NCBI RefSeq assembly: GCF_963921235.1
Contig: NC_086097.1
Coordinates: 31,188,001-31,252,000, forward strand
DNA from: Mobula hypostoma
Lineage: Eukaryota
DNA: 64,000 nucleotides
Reading direction: 5' to 3'
Shown: piece by piece, positions 26,842-40,380 of the stretch
Position numbering within the stretch: position 1 is the stretch's first letter
Layout of the letters: each line of letters starts with the position of its first letter
The notes under the pieces: model-generated
The model's input: the letters and a program-made list of their open reading frames with translations, nothing else
Told to the model about the DNA's origin: nothing
The model's database searches: none
Translations under genes and position numbers: made by a program

Positions 26842-27895
26842 CAGGTGTCCCCCGCTTTTCGAACGTTTGCTTTACAAAACCTCACTGTTACAAAAGACCT
26901 ACATTAGTACCCTGTTTTCACTAACAGAAGGTGTTTTCGCTGTTACGAAAAAAAATCAGCGCGCGAAAAAATCAGCGCACGATAAAAGGCAGCGCACGCC
27001 CCAAGCAGCCACTCTCCCCCGGATTCGGAACGGCATTGCTTTAACACGTGCCTGTGAGCAGCCGTTTGCAAGATGAGTTCTAAGGTATTGGAAAAACCTA
27101 AAAGAGCTCATAAGGCTGTTACACTTAGCTTAAAACTAGACATAATTAAGCGTTTCGATCGTGGTGAACGAAGTAAGGAAAACGTGAGTTTGGCTTGTGG
27201 AAGCTGACGAACATGACATTGAAGAGGTTTTGGCATCCCATGACCAAGAACTGACAGATGAAGAGCTGATGCAATTGCAAGAGGAAAGGATAACAATCGA
27301 AACCGAATGCAGTAGCGAACGGACCGAAAGTGAAGTTGTCCAGGAACTGAACGTGAAGCAACTGCATGAGATTTTCGCTGCAATGATAAAGTATGACTTT
27401 AATTTTGAAAGGGTACGTAGGTCTAGGGGATATTTGCAGGATGGTTTGAGTCCTTACAAAGAACTGTATGAGAAAAATGTGTGAGGCTCAGCAGTCAAGC
27501 AAGCCTACCACATCAGCCACAGCAGACGACGAACCTCGACCTTCGACATCGAGGCAGGCAGTCATAGGAGAAGATGAGCTGCCTGCTCTAATGGAAACAG
27601 ACGACAAGATGACATCCCAGTGTCCCACCACCCCGCAATTCGCAGAGAATGCAGCAGTAGCCGGGAGACACACAGCACATCTTTAAGAATAAAGCTGAAA
27701 TAAACATGCTAATTGTTGGCCCAGATCAGCAATGATGCAATCGGAAATCAGCACTGATCTGGGCCGACAATTACGTGCTGGGTGGCACCTAATTAATTAG
27801 CATGTTTACTTCGGCTTTTTTCATAAAGATGTGCTCTGTGCCTCCCGGCTACCGCTGCACCCCTGCATGCTTCGTGGTTCGGTATCTGTCGGCGG
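26842..27895 (+). mobile_element. Tigger/pogo non-autonomous deletion derivative (right end missing)
   Basis: TA|CAGGTGTCCCCCGCTTTTCG left TIR. ATG at 27073 MSSKVLEKPKRAHKAVTLSLKLDIIKRFDRGE (psq HTH start) jumps to the acidic C-terminus DIEEVLASHDQELTDEELMQL. Confidence 0.85.
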
Positions 27896-29181
27896 ATGAT
27901 GAGGGAATTTTGTTAGCCAGAGGATGTTGAATCTGTGAAATTCATTGCATTAGGTAAATTTAAAACATAGGTTGAAGGATTCTTGATTAATAAGGGTGTC
28001 AAAGGTCACAGGGAGAAGATGGGAAAAGGCAGGAACAATGACGGAATGGCAGAGCAGACTCAATGGCCCAAATGGCCTAATGCAGTTCCTGTTTTATGGA
28101 CTTTAATATTCTGCTTTTCTTGCCATCCAATATGATCACAGTGATCGGCCCCAGACTCTTTTTTTCTGTGCCAGTTCCCGACAGCCCCGATCTTTCGACC
28201 TCTTCTGTAAAAACTCCCAATAATTTGACCTTCATAACCCTCTGGGGAAGAGAAGTCCCGAGATGGGCCATGATCTGTGACAATGAATTCCTATGAATCT
28301 CTGTTTTAAACAGTTGACCCCTTATCTACTAACTCTGTCCCTTTGTTGAAGATTTCCCATGGGTGAAAACATCTGCCCTTAGAAGCCCGCTTAGAATCTC
28401 AGGTTAAATGGTTATTCTCCTCATTCTTTTCAACTCCAAGGAATGTAGATTGTAGCAAGACTCCCGGCCTCCCATTCTAACCAATCTTTACAGGAGCACC
28501 ATCAAGAGTATCCTGTACACAATGTCAGATTTTTAACCATTCAAAAGTTCTGACCTGCTTCAAAAGGCCAATAATCATACTATTGCACAGGAAGAGCAGG
28601 GTGAGGTACCTTAATGACTATCATCCAATAGCACTTACATCTACGGCGATGAAGTGCTTTGAGAGATTGGTCATGGCTAGAATCAATTCCTGCCTCAACA
28701 AGGACCTGGACCCAGTTTGGCTATTGCCACATTAGGTCTATGGCAGACATGATCTCATTAGGTCTCCACGCAGCCTTGGATCACTGGACAATAAAATATA
28801 AATACTTATGTCAGGATGCTGCTTATTGACTACAGCTCAGATTTTAACACCATCATTCCTATAGCTCTGATCAAAAAACTCCAGAACCTGGGCCTCTGTA
28901 TCTCCCTCTGCAACTGGATTCTCGACCTCCTAACCGAAAAATCACAATCTGTATGGATTGGTAATAACATCTCAACCTCGCTGATCAATACTGGTGCATC
29001 TCAGGGATGTGTACTTAGCCTGCTGCTCTGCTCTCTCTACACCCACGACTCTGATGCTAGGCACAGCTCAAATTCCATCCATAAATTTGCTGATGATAAA
29101 AGCTTTGTTAGCAGAATCTCAAGAGGGTGAACAGGAGTGAGATATACCAGCTAGTTGAGTGATGTTGCAGCAACAACCTTG

Positions 29182-30482
29182 AATTGAATTGACTTTATTT
29201 CTTACATCCTTCACATACATGAGGAGTAAAAATCTTTACATTACATCTCCATCTAAATGTGCAAAGTGCAATTTATAGTAATTTATAATAAATAGTATGC
29301 ACAACAGAACAATCAATATAACATAGAAATATAGTTGCCTAAGCAGTCTGATGGCCTGGTGGATGAAGCTGTCCTGGAGCCTGTTGGTCCTGGCTTTTAT
29401 GCTGCAATACCATTTCCCGAATGGTAGCAGCTGGAACAGTTTGTGGTTGGGGTGACTTAGGTCCCCAATGATCCTCCAGGCCCTTTTTACACACCTGTCT
29501 TTGTAAATGTCCTGAATAGTGGGGAGTTCACATCTACAGATGCGCTGGGCTGTCCATACCACTCTCTGTAGAGTCTTGCGATTGAGGGAAGTGCAGTTCC
29601 CATACCAGGCAGTGATGCAGCCAGTCAGGATGCTCTCAATCGTGCCCCTGTAGAGGAGAGAGAAGCAGTGCGCCGCACATGCGCAGCCCTCCGGTGAAAA
29701 ATGATATCATATCTGTTAAATAGGGGCTGTGGACAATTCTGATTTGATGGAGATGGATGTGAAAGCGCAGAGGAACATCTGCAAAAATTTCTGAAATGCT
29801 CGTTCGCTGCTGTCGTTACTGCGCGGTCGGGAATCTTTCGGAGGGAAGGCTTCAAAATCCCCAGCTTTGCCTGCTGTTGGCGACTGAGATGGAGGTCGAA
29901 TCGTTCGGATAGAGATGGGGCTCAGTACTCGGTGTCGGAGAGCTGATCAGAGCTCAAAGTTTTCGGATGACTCAGAGTCGGACTGTGATCGGGTATGGCA
30001 GGGAGAGTTTTTCTTCCTTCTCCCGTCTGCGTGACATGTGGGACATTTGAGAGACTTTGAACTTTTACTGTGCTCATGGACTTCTTCATCAAGTTATGGT
30101 ATTGTTGCACTGCTGTAACTATATGTTATAATTATGTGGTTTTGTTAGTTTTTTTCAGTCTTGGTCTGTCCTGTGTTTTGTGATATCACACCGGAGGAAA
30201 TATTGTATCACTTCTTAATGCATGCATTACTAAATGACAATAAAAGAGCATTGCATGTCTTCATAATCTAGAAAGTTCTTAGGATTTGGCGGCCCATACC
30301 AAACTTCTTCAACTGTCTGAGGTGAAAGAGGTGTTGTGCCTTTTTTACCACACAGCTGGTATGTACAGACCATGTGAGATCCTCGGTAATGTTTATGCTG
30401 AGGAACTTAAAACTGTTCACCCCCTTAACCCCAGATCCATTGATGTCAATAAGGGCTAGCATGTTTCCATTCCTCCTGTACT
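29182..30482 (-). mobile_element. Second Rex/Babar LINE 3' portion inserted antisense into the first
   Basis: ORFs 30268..30462 and 29236..29562 (FKFLSINITEDLTW; HPNHKLFQLLP..RTNRLQDSFIHQAIRLL), (CAATT)n tail, and CCTTG duplicated at 29177-29181 and 30483-30487. Confidence 0.8.
29654..30268 (+). mobile_element. Non-coding, non-tRNA retroposon-like insertion with a Rex-like tail
   Basis: Interrupts the Rex sequence cctgtaga|aagttctt with TAGA duplicated. The 3' end ccggaggaaat...atgacaataaa resembles the tail at 37175-37230. Confidence 0.65.
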
Positions 30483-31289
30483 CCTTGTACTCAATATCAG
30501 TAGGACCAAAGAACTGATTGTGGACTCAGAAAAGATAAGACAAGGGAACTTACACCAGTCCTCAGAGGGATCAGAAGTGGAAAGAGTGAGCAATTCTAAG
30601 TTCTTGGGTGGCAATATCTCCTAAGACCTAACCTGGACCCAACATATTGACGTAGCTATAAAGGCAGCAAGACAGCGGCTATATTTTATTAGGAGTTTGA
30701 GGAGATTTTGTATGTTACCAAAACACTCACAAACTTCTGCAGATGTACCATGGCTGCATCATCTTCTGGTATTAGGGGTGGGGGGGGGGCTACTGCACAA
30801 GATCAAAGTAAGCTGCAGAGAATTGTAAGATTAGTCAGCTCCATCATGGGCACTAGCCTCTGTAGTATCTTCAAAGAGCCACTGCTACCTTCAGGAAGGA
30901 GGCATGCACTCAAAGATTCAGAAACAGCATCTTCCCCTCTACCATACGATTTCTGAATGATCATTGAACCCATGAATGCTACCTCACTACTTTTTAATAT
31001 TTATTTTTGCACTTATTTAATTTCAATATTTTATATATATATGTGTATACACACACACACACACACACACATACTTCGTAATTCACATTTTTTTCTATTA
31101 TTACGTATTGCATTGTACAGCTGCCGCAAAGTTAACAAATTTCTCAATGTATGCTGGTGATATTAAACCTGAATTTGATTCTGACTGGCTGCATCATTGT
31201 CTGATACAACAATTGCAAGTCATCGGACCGCAAGTCGCTACAAAGGATTGCGAGGATCGCGAGGACTGCAGAAAGGATCATAAGACCAT

Positions 31290-34200
31290 AATAACATAAG
31301 AGAAGACATAGGAGCAGAATTAGGTAATTCAGTCCATGAAGTTTGCTCCACCATTTGATCAAGGCTACTTCCCTCCTAACCCCATCCTCCTGCCTTCTCC
31401 CAGTAATCTTTCACACCCTGACTTATCAAGAAACTATCAACCTCCATCTTAAAAACACCCAATGACCTGGCCTCCACAGCTGCCTGTGGCAATAAATTCT
31501 AGATCTGCCCCCCTCTGGCTGAAGGAATTCCTCCTCATCTCCATTCGAAATGGACATCCCTCTATTCTGAGGCTGTGTTCTTTGGACTTAAAGACTCCCC
31601 CACTACAAAAACATGCTCTCTACATCCACCCTATCTTGGCCATTGAACATTCGATATGTTTCACTGAGATCCGCCTCATTGCTCTAAACTCCAGTGAATA
31701 CAGGCCCAGAGCCATCAAACGCTCCTCACATGATAAATTCTTCATTACTAAAATCATTTTTATAAACCTTCTTTGAACTCTCTCCAATGTAAGCACATCC
31801 TTTCTTAGCTAAGGGGCCCAAAACTGCTCACAATACTCTCAAATGAGGTCTCACCAATGCCTTATAAAGCCTCAGCATTACATTCTTGTTTTGATATTCT
31901 AGTCCTCTCAAAATGAATGCTAACGTTGCATTTCCCTTCCTTGCTACTGACTCAAACTTCAAGTTAACCTTGAGGGAGTCCTGCATAAGGACTCCCAATC
32001 CCTTTGCACCAAGGATTTTGGAATTTTCTCCCCAGTTAGAAAATAGTCTATGCTTTTGTTCGTTCTACCAAAGTTCATAACCATACACTTCCTGACACTG
32101 TATTCCATCTGTCACTTCTTTGCCCATTCTCCTAATTTATCTAGGTTCTTCTATAAGCTCCCTGCTTCCTTAACACTAGCTGCCCTTCCACCTTGTCATT
32201 TGTCTGCAGACTTGGCAACAAAACCAATAATTCCGTCATCCAAATCACTGACATACAATATATAAAAAGTCAGTGGAACACCACTAGTCACCAGCAACCA
32301 ATCAGGAAAGGTTCCCTTCAATTCCATCTTTGTCTCCTGCGAATCAGCCAATATTCTATCCACGTTTCTTTCTTATAATACCATGGGCTCTTATTTTGCT
32401 AAGCAGCCTCATGTGCAACACCTTGTCACAGGCCTCCTAAAAATCTAAGTACACAAATGCTTTGTCAATCTGTTTGTTACTTCTTCAAAGAATTCCAACA
32501 GATTTATAGAACATAGAACATAGAATAGTACATCACAGTACAGGCCCTTCGGCCCACAATGTTGTGCCGACCCTCCAACCCTGCCTCCCATATAAGCCCC
32601 CACCTTAAATTCCTCCATATACCTGCCTAGTAGTCTCTTAAACTTCACTAGTGTATCTGCCTCCACCACTGACTCAGGCAGTGCATTCCATGCACCAACC
32701 ACTCTCTCAGTAAAAAACCTTCCTCTAATATCCCCCTTGAACTTCCCACCCCTTACCTTAAAGCCATGTCCTCTTGTATTGAGCAGTGGTGCCCTGGGGA
32801 AGAGGCGCTGGCTATCCACTCTATCTATTCCTCTTATTATCTTGTACACCTCTATCATGTCTCCTCTCATCCTCCTTCTCTCCAAAGAGTAAAGCCCTAG
32901 CTCCCTTAATCTCTGATCATAATGCATACTCTCTAAACCAGGCAGCATCCTGGTAAATCTCCTCTGTACCCATTCCAATGCTTCCACATCCTTCCTTTAG
33001 TGAGGTGACCAGAACTGGACACAGTACTCCAAGTGTGGCCTAACCAGAGTTTTATAGAGCTGCATTATTACATCGCAACTCTTAAACTCTATCCCTCAAC
33101 TTATGAAAGCTAACACCCCATAAGCTTTCTTAACTACCCTATCCACCTGTGAGGCAACTTTCAGGGATCTGTGGACATGTACCCCGAGATCCCTCTGTTC
33201 CTCCACACTGCCAAGTATCCTGCCATTTACTTTGTACTCTGCCTTGGAGTTTGTCCTTCCAAAGTGTACCAACTCACACTTCTCCAGGTTGAACTCCATC
33301 TGCCAGTTCTCAGCCCATTTCTGCATCCTATCAATGTCTCTCTGCAATCTTTGACAATCCTCTACACTATCTACAACACCACCAACCTTTGTGTCGTCTG
33401 CAAACTTGCCAACCCAACCTTCTACCCCCACATCCAGGTCGTTAATAAAAATCACGAAAAGTAGAGGTCCCAGAACAGATCCTTGTGGGACACCACTAGT
33501 CACAATCCTCCAATCTGAATGTACTCCCTCCACCACCACCCTCTGCCTTCTGCAGGCAAGCCAATTCTGAATCCACCTGGCCAAACTTCCCTGGATCCCA
33601 TGCCTTCTAACTTTCTGAATAAGCCTACCGTGTGGAACCTTGTCAAATGCCTTACTAAAATCCATATAGATCACATCCACTGCACTACCCTCATCTATAT
33701 GCCTGGTCACCTCCTCAAAGAACTCTATCAGGCTTGTTAGACACGATCTGCCCTTCACAAAGCCATGCTGACTGTCCCTGATCAGACCATGATTCTCTAA
33801 ATGCCTATATACCCTATCTCCAAGAATCTTTTCCAACAACTTTCCCACCACAGACGCAAGACTCACTGGTCTATAATTACCCGGACTATCCCTACTACCT
33901 TTTTTGAACAAGGGGACAACATTCGCCTCCCTCCAATCCTCCGGTACCATTCCCGTGGACAACGAGGACATAAAGATCCTAGCCAGAGGCTCAGCAATCT
34001 CTTCTCTCGCCTCGTGGAGCAGCCTGGGGAATATTCCATCAGGCCCCGGGGACTTATCTGTCCTAATGTATTTTAACAACTCCAACACCTCCTCTCCCTT
34101 AATATCAACATGCTCCAGAACATCAACCTCACTCATATTGTCCTCACCATCATCAAGTTCCCTCTCATTGGTGAATACCGAAGAGAAGTATTCACTGAGG

Positions 34201-36450
34201 ACCTCGCTCACTTCCACAGCCTCCAGGCTCATCTTCCCACTTTTATCTCTAATCGGTCCTACCTTCACTCCTGTCATCGTTTTTTTCTTCACATAATTGA
34301 AGAATGCTTTGGGGTTTTCCTTTACCCTACTTGCCAAGGCCTTCTCATGCCTCCTTCTTGTTCTTCTCAGCCCCTTCTTAAGCTCCTTTCTTGCTTCCCT
34401 ATATTCCTCAATAGACCCATCTGATCCTTGCTTCCTAAACCTCAAGTATGCTGCCTTCTTCCACCTGACTAGATTTTCCACCTCACTTGTCACCCATGGT
34501 TCCTTCACCCTACCATTCTTTATCTTCCTTACCGGGACAAATTTATCCCTAACATCCTGCAAGAGATCTCTAAACATCGACCACATGTCCATAGTACATT
34601 TCCCTGCAAAAACATCATCCCAATTCACATCTGCAAGTTCTAGCCTTATAGCCTCATAATTTGCCTTTCCCCAATTAAAAATTTTCCTGTGCTCTCTGAT
34701 TCTATCCTTTTCCATGATAATGCTAAAGGCCAGGGAGCGGTGGTCACTGTCCCCCAGATGCTCACCCACTGAGAGATCTGTGACCTGACCCAGTTCATTA
34801 CCTAGTACTAGAACTAGTATGGTATTCCCCCTGGTCGGCCTGTCCACATACTGTGACAGGAATCCGTCCTGGACACACTTAACAAACTCTGCCCCATCTA
34901 AACCCTTGGAACTCATCAGGTGCCAATCAATATTAGGGAAGTTAAAGTCACCCATGATAACAACCCTGTTATTTTTGCACCTTTCCAAAATCTGCCTCCC
35001 AATCTGCTCCCCTGTATCTCTGCTGCTACCAGGGGGCCTATAGAATACCCCCAATAGAGTAACTGCTCCCTTCCTGTTCCTGACTTCCACTCATATTGAC
35101 TCAAAAGAGGATCCTGCTACATTACCCACCCTTTCTGTAGCTGTAATAGTATCCCTGACCAGTAATGCCACCCCTCCTCCCCTTTTTCCACCCTCCTTAT
35201 CCCTTTTAAAGCACTGAAATCCAGGAATATTTGACAGGCAAGATTCTCCCTTAAGGAAAAGATAGCATCTTCAGTCCTGTAGTCATCACCCTTTTCAATT
35301 TTGTTCGTTACACTGCATCTCATCTCCTGCCTGTCCTTCCTGACAGTCTCACTATACATCGCCTCTGCCTGTATACCAACTGGCCCATCCTCAGCCCCAT
35401 TACTCAGTTTCATCCCCCTGCCAAATTAGTTTAAACCCTCCCCAATAGCTCTAAGCAAACCTGTCCATAAGGATTCTGGCCTCCTTTGGGTTCAGGTGTA
35501 ACCTGTCTTTTTTGTACAAGTCATACCTTTCCCAGAAGAGATACCAATGATCCAGAAATCTGAAACCCTGCTCCAGCACCAGTTCCACAGTCGTGCACTT
35601 ATATGCCAAATCATTCTATTCTTACCCTCAGTGTTGCGTGAAATAAGCAGCAATCTGGAGAATACTACCCTGGAGGTCCTGCTTTTCAGTTTTCTACTGA
35701 GTTCCCTAAATTCTCTCTTCAGGACCTCCTCCCTTTTCCTACCCATGTCATTAACGCCCACATGTACCAAGACTTTTGGATTATCTCCCTCCCCCTTTAG
35801 AATGTCATGGACCCATCCAAGATGTTACTGACCCTGCACCTGGAAGCCAATATACCATCCGGGTGTCTCTATCACGTCCACAGAAGCTAGCGTCTTCTCC
35901 TCTAACTATGGAATCCCTTATCACTTCTGCAGTCCTCTTCTCCCCCTGTGCCTTCTGAGCCACTACGCCAGACTCAGTGCCAGAGACCTGATTGCTGCAG
36001 CTTCCCTCTGGGTGGCTCCCCACCCCCCACAATAGTATCCAAAATGGCATACCGATTCTTGAAAGGAATGGCCACAGGGGTACACCATACTAGCTGCTTT
36101 CCCTCTGCTTACAGTCACTCAAGATACCTGCCTCCTGCAACCTAGGGGTGAATACCTCCCTGTAACTCCTATCTATCCCCTCCTCAGTTTCCCGCATGAG
36201 CTGAAGACCATCAAGATGCAGCTCCATTTCCTTAACACATTCTCTGAGGAGCTACAGCTCAGTGCACCTGGTGCAGATGTGATTATCCCACATCTCCACA
36301 AAGAACACAACATAGCCCCTGGAATCATCCTCACTGCACTAACAGACAAAGAATGAATAAGAACATTACCAGGTACTTAGCTTGCCCAAGCCTATTCTCA
36401 TCGACGCCTGATGAGCCAAAGACTCCCCACTCTAACAATGGTACACTCAC
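31290..36450 (-). mobile_element. Older, internally deleted CR1 LINE retaining ORF1 (esterase) remnants at about 35450-36290
   Basis: (G)DSIVRG and VHVGVNDMGRKREEVLKREFRELSRKLKSRTSRVVFS SGNH-esterase ORF1 motifs; RT and 3' end at 31290-32505. Confidence 0.8.
32506..35228 (-). mobile_element. Young 5'-truncated CR1 LINE with near-intact ORF2 (APE endonuclease part + RT)
   Basis: 664-aa ORF 33096..35090 (GVFYRPP, MGDFNFP, SDH, DFSKAFDKVPH, GVPQGSVLGP, FADDTK) continues in frame through two stops into 32445..32987. 3' (TTCTATG)n tail; ATTT duplicated at 32502-32505 and 35229-35232. Confidence 0.95.
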
Positions 36451-39400
36451 ACAATGGCCACTCCACTTGTCCCTGTCTTATGTTTATTTGTTCTTAGTAA
36501 TGTATATTTGATTGGTGTGCTGGAAAATGCTGAAAGCTCGCAAAAGCTCCTTTTTAAAATCTCAGCAACACACATCAAAGTTGCTGGTGAATGCAGCAGG
36601 CCAGGCAACATCTCTAGGAAGAGGTACAGTCGACGTTTCAGGCTGAGACCCTTCGTCGAGTTGCCTCCTCTCTTGCTCTCGATTTGATTCAGCTACTGGA
36701 AAAACACCAAAAGCCCATAGACACTCCTTTTTAAAATCTCACTCGTGGAACTGTGAGTTGCCTCCTCTCTTGCTGTAATTTGATTGAGCCACCGGAAAAA
36801 CCATTGATCACTGTGGTCTCTCCTCCACTATTCAGAGATATTTACACAGTATGCTGCGCATGTACAGCCCTTAGCATTATCAATGATCCTTCCCATCCGT
36901 CCAATAATTTCTTTGAACCCCTACCATCAGGCAAGAGATATCACTGCATTAAGACAAGAACTTTTAGGGCTGGAAACAGCTTCCTCACTGAGGCTGTGAG
37001 ACGACCTAACTCCCTGCCACCAGCCCAGGTCTCATCACATATTAAGTGCCAGAGGCATTATACTATTTACTTTTTAACTTATATCATTACTGCACTTTAT
37101 TATTTGTTAATTTATTTGTGGTAGTATTACTTTACGTGTTGTGTGTGAATTATATGTACTATGTTGTGCAATTTGGTCAGGAGGAATGTTCTTTCATTTG
37201 ACAGTATGCATGACAATAAACTTGAACTTGAGCCATCTGCCATCAAGGATATCTTCAAAAGGTGATGCCCCAAGAAGGCAGCATCCATCGTGAAGGACCC
37301 TCACCATCCAGGACCATGCCTTTTGTCTTTATTACCATCAGGGAGGAGGTACAGGAGCCTGAAGACACACAGTCAATGTTTTTAAGAAGAGCTTTTTCCC
37401 CTCCAGAATCAGATTTCTGAATGCACCATGAATCCATGAACACTACCTCACTGCTTTGCACTCTTAATGTAATTTTTACATATTCTTGTTGTAATTAGTT
37501 ATTTTTCATATAATGTATTGTTGCTTCAAAACAACAAATTTCATTTCAGTGATAGTAAACCTGATTCTGATTCGGAGCTCTGTCTGAAAATATATGGTAA
37601 CACACCTTACCCCTAGAATGAGATTCAAACTCATTACGGTCTGACCAAAGGGTTAAAATGAACAGTAATGTACTGAAGAAATATTAGATTGTACCAAGTC
37701 AACAAGAGGATTGCAACGTTGGCAAAAGCTCGGCAGGTCAGGCAGCATATGTGGAGAAAGAAACAGAGTGAATGGCTCATGTGAAAGGCCCTTATCAGAA
37801 CTGGAAAAGTGATGAAACAAGTTAGTCTGAAGTTGCAACGTGGCTGGATGATGGGAGGTAGGGAATAGCTCTGATAGGGCGGTGCCAGGACTGCCATGTT
37901 GAAAAAGCCATCTGCTGGATAAATACATCAGAAAAAGAAACATGTGAAAATGCAGTTCAGAGCTACAGAAAATGCTCAGCAGACTGGGCACCATCAGTGG
38001 CAACACAGTAGCATAGCGGCTAGCGTAACAATTTTCAATGCTAGATGTAAGATCAGGGTTCAATTCCCACCGCTGTCTGAAAGGATTTTGTACATTCTCT
38101 GGTTTCTTCCCACAATCCAAAGATGTATGGGTTAGAGTTAGTGAGTTGTGAGCATATAACAGTGTTAAGCTAACTGCTACACGATTGTGCCACCTTCTAT
38201 ATTTAATGCCCTGACTCTGGTTAGGCTGTACTTGGGAGTACTGACTTATTTCTCCTCACCTCATTATAGGAAGGATGTGCAAGCTTTCGAGAAGGTGTGG
38301 AGGAGATTTACGAGTTTGTTGCCTGGAGAGAGGAGAGGTTGAGCAAGCTAGAGCTTTTCTCTTTGGAGAGAAGGAGAACACGAGGAGACTTGATAGAGGT
38401 GTATAAGATAATAAGCAGCATTGAAAGGATGGCCAGCGCGGATATGGCTAATACCGGGGGCAGCATAATTAGAGAAAAGTATGGGGGATGTCGGATATAT
38501 GATTTATTTTTTAAACGTAGAGTGGTGGGTGCTTGGTAGGGGTAATTACATTAGGGACATTTAAGGGACTCAGATAGGCACATGGATGAAAGAAAAATGT
38601 AGGGTTATGCAGGAGGGAAGGATTAGATTGATCTTAAAAGGTTGGCACAACATCATGGGCTGAAGGGCCTGTATTGTGCTGTAAGGTTCCATGAGGAGGA
38701 TAGAGAAATCATCATATTTCAAAATGTATCTATGAACATTTGATCTCCCATAACACACAGAGCTATGCACCGAGAGCTGGTTCTATTTTGATCAGGATTC
38801 ACAACGAGACCAAAGACTTCTTTTTGTGCCATGAATTTCTATAGGTTCACCAACGCCCACAGAAGAGCTGTCAAATAGACTGTAGGGTGTGTTTGTGTGT
38901 GTGTATTTATAAACAGAAAGTACAAAAAAGGGAAAATAATCCTGCTGATATGGGGCAGTATACAAGCTGCTCACTCAGGAGGAGCAGCTGGAAAGTCAAA
39001 AATAAACTGGGCACCAGCTGCATCCACGCAGAATTTACAAATACACTTGGTCAAGTTAAAATGCAAACAAATAGCAACCTAATTTAGCTCTCAACAGCTG
39101 CAAACCATTCAGCAGAAATAGGATTTAAAGGGAATCTAAAGGGCATGTTCTCACTGGAAGTGGAGTGGCTGCGTTTGATGGAGGTGGGCCAATATGTTAG
39201 CCTACTGAGCAGCTGAAATTTTCAGTCCCTGCAGCACTGGTGGCCCATACCTGCAGTGTGTCATATCGGTGAGATGTAATTCAGGAACTCTCCAGAGCTT
39301 CTAACAGCATATCCCTGCAGTTGAGATGATGAAGAAGCCTGTGCCTGCACTGAACCCTGGAGTACAATAAGCCATGGGCTCAGTAACAAACAGCATTCTT

Positions 39401-40275
39401 GCCACAGCAACCAACTTCTCCAGCAAGAGGGACTGCAAACACCACCTGTTGGCATTCAACAGCAGCCTCACAATCAAATAAGATACTGATTTATTTATCA
39501 AATGTACATTGAAACATACAGTAAAGTGCATCGCTTATATTAACAGCCAACACATCCGGGGGTGCTTTGGGAGCAGCCCACATTCTGGCACCAATAAAGC
39601 ATGCCCACCATGTTCAAGTTCAAGATCGAATTTATTATCACTCAACCATATACATACAAACGTGTATATACCACCAAACAAAACAATGTTCCTCCAGACC
39701 AAGGTGCACAACACAGAACATAAAACTCACAAACAACAATAAAGTAATATTACCAGAAATAAGTTAACAAATATTTGCGCTTTACAACACAAGTTAAAAA
39801 GTAAACAGTAAAATGTTATTACTGCTTTATGTGATGAAAAGAACACAAAAGATAAGTGACAAAACAACAACAGACAAAAAGCCACATTCCTCTCTCCCAC
39901 TACACACACAGATATTCCTTCAATATCAGATCAGGCCATCTTCAGCCACCAGGCTCAAAGACTTGGACTTGCAGACTTCGTGCCTTCGGCTGCCTTAGTG
40001 GACTTGACTAGATTCACGGACTCGGGTCTGGCCATTGAGACTCGACTTCCAATCGACCTTCGGGCTTTGAGCTTCAATCTCGATCCCAGGACTCACTCAT
40101 CACCAAACACTAGGCCTCGAACGCCTGTATGCCCAGGGGGTCACTAGCCCTTGTTCCTCCTGCCTGCACAGAACTCCGATTCCAGAACCCACTAACAACT
40201 TGCTAACCCTGGGGAGGCCACCAGCCCTTGTCAATGCTGTTCTGCCAGCCCAACATCAAAATAAGGATGATAGTC

Positions 40276-40346
40276 CACACACACACACACACACACAACA
40301 CACACACACACACACACCACACACACAACACACACACACACCACAC

Positions 40347-40376
<30 letters not shown>
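40276..40376. repeat. Compound (CA)n microsatellite
   Basis: About 100 bp of interrupted CA repeats. Confidence 0.95.

Positions 40377-40380
<4 letters not shown>

Larger units (their letters stand above)
28540..31185 (+). mobile_element. Rex1/Babar LINE split by nested insertions (own sequence about 28540-29181 and 30483-31185)
   Basis: [15 protein letters not shown]...LCNWILD...[10 protein letters not shown]...KFADD, resuming after 30483 with the TKELIVD and KFLG motifs. Confidence 0.85.

Noticed and set aside
33171..35043. Multiple plus-strand ORFs opposite the CR1 ORF2
   Set aside because: Antisense shadows of a young LINE.
36540..36780. Short direct repeats with spacers, superficially CRISPR-like
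   Set aside because: Only two imperfect units, next to a CR1 5' end and interrupted by a Penelope mini-element; vertebrate DNA with no cas genes.
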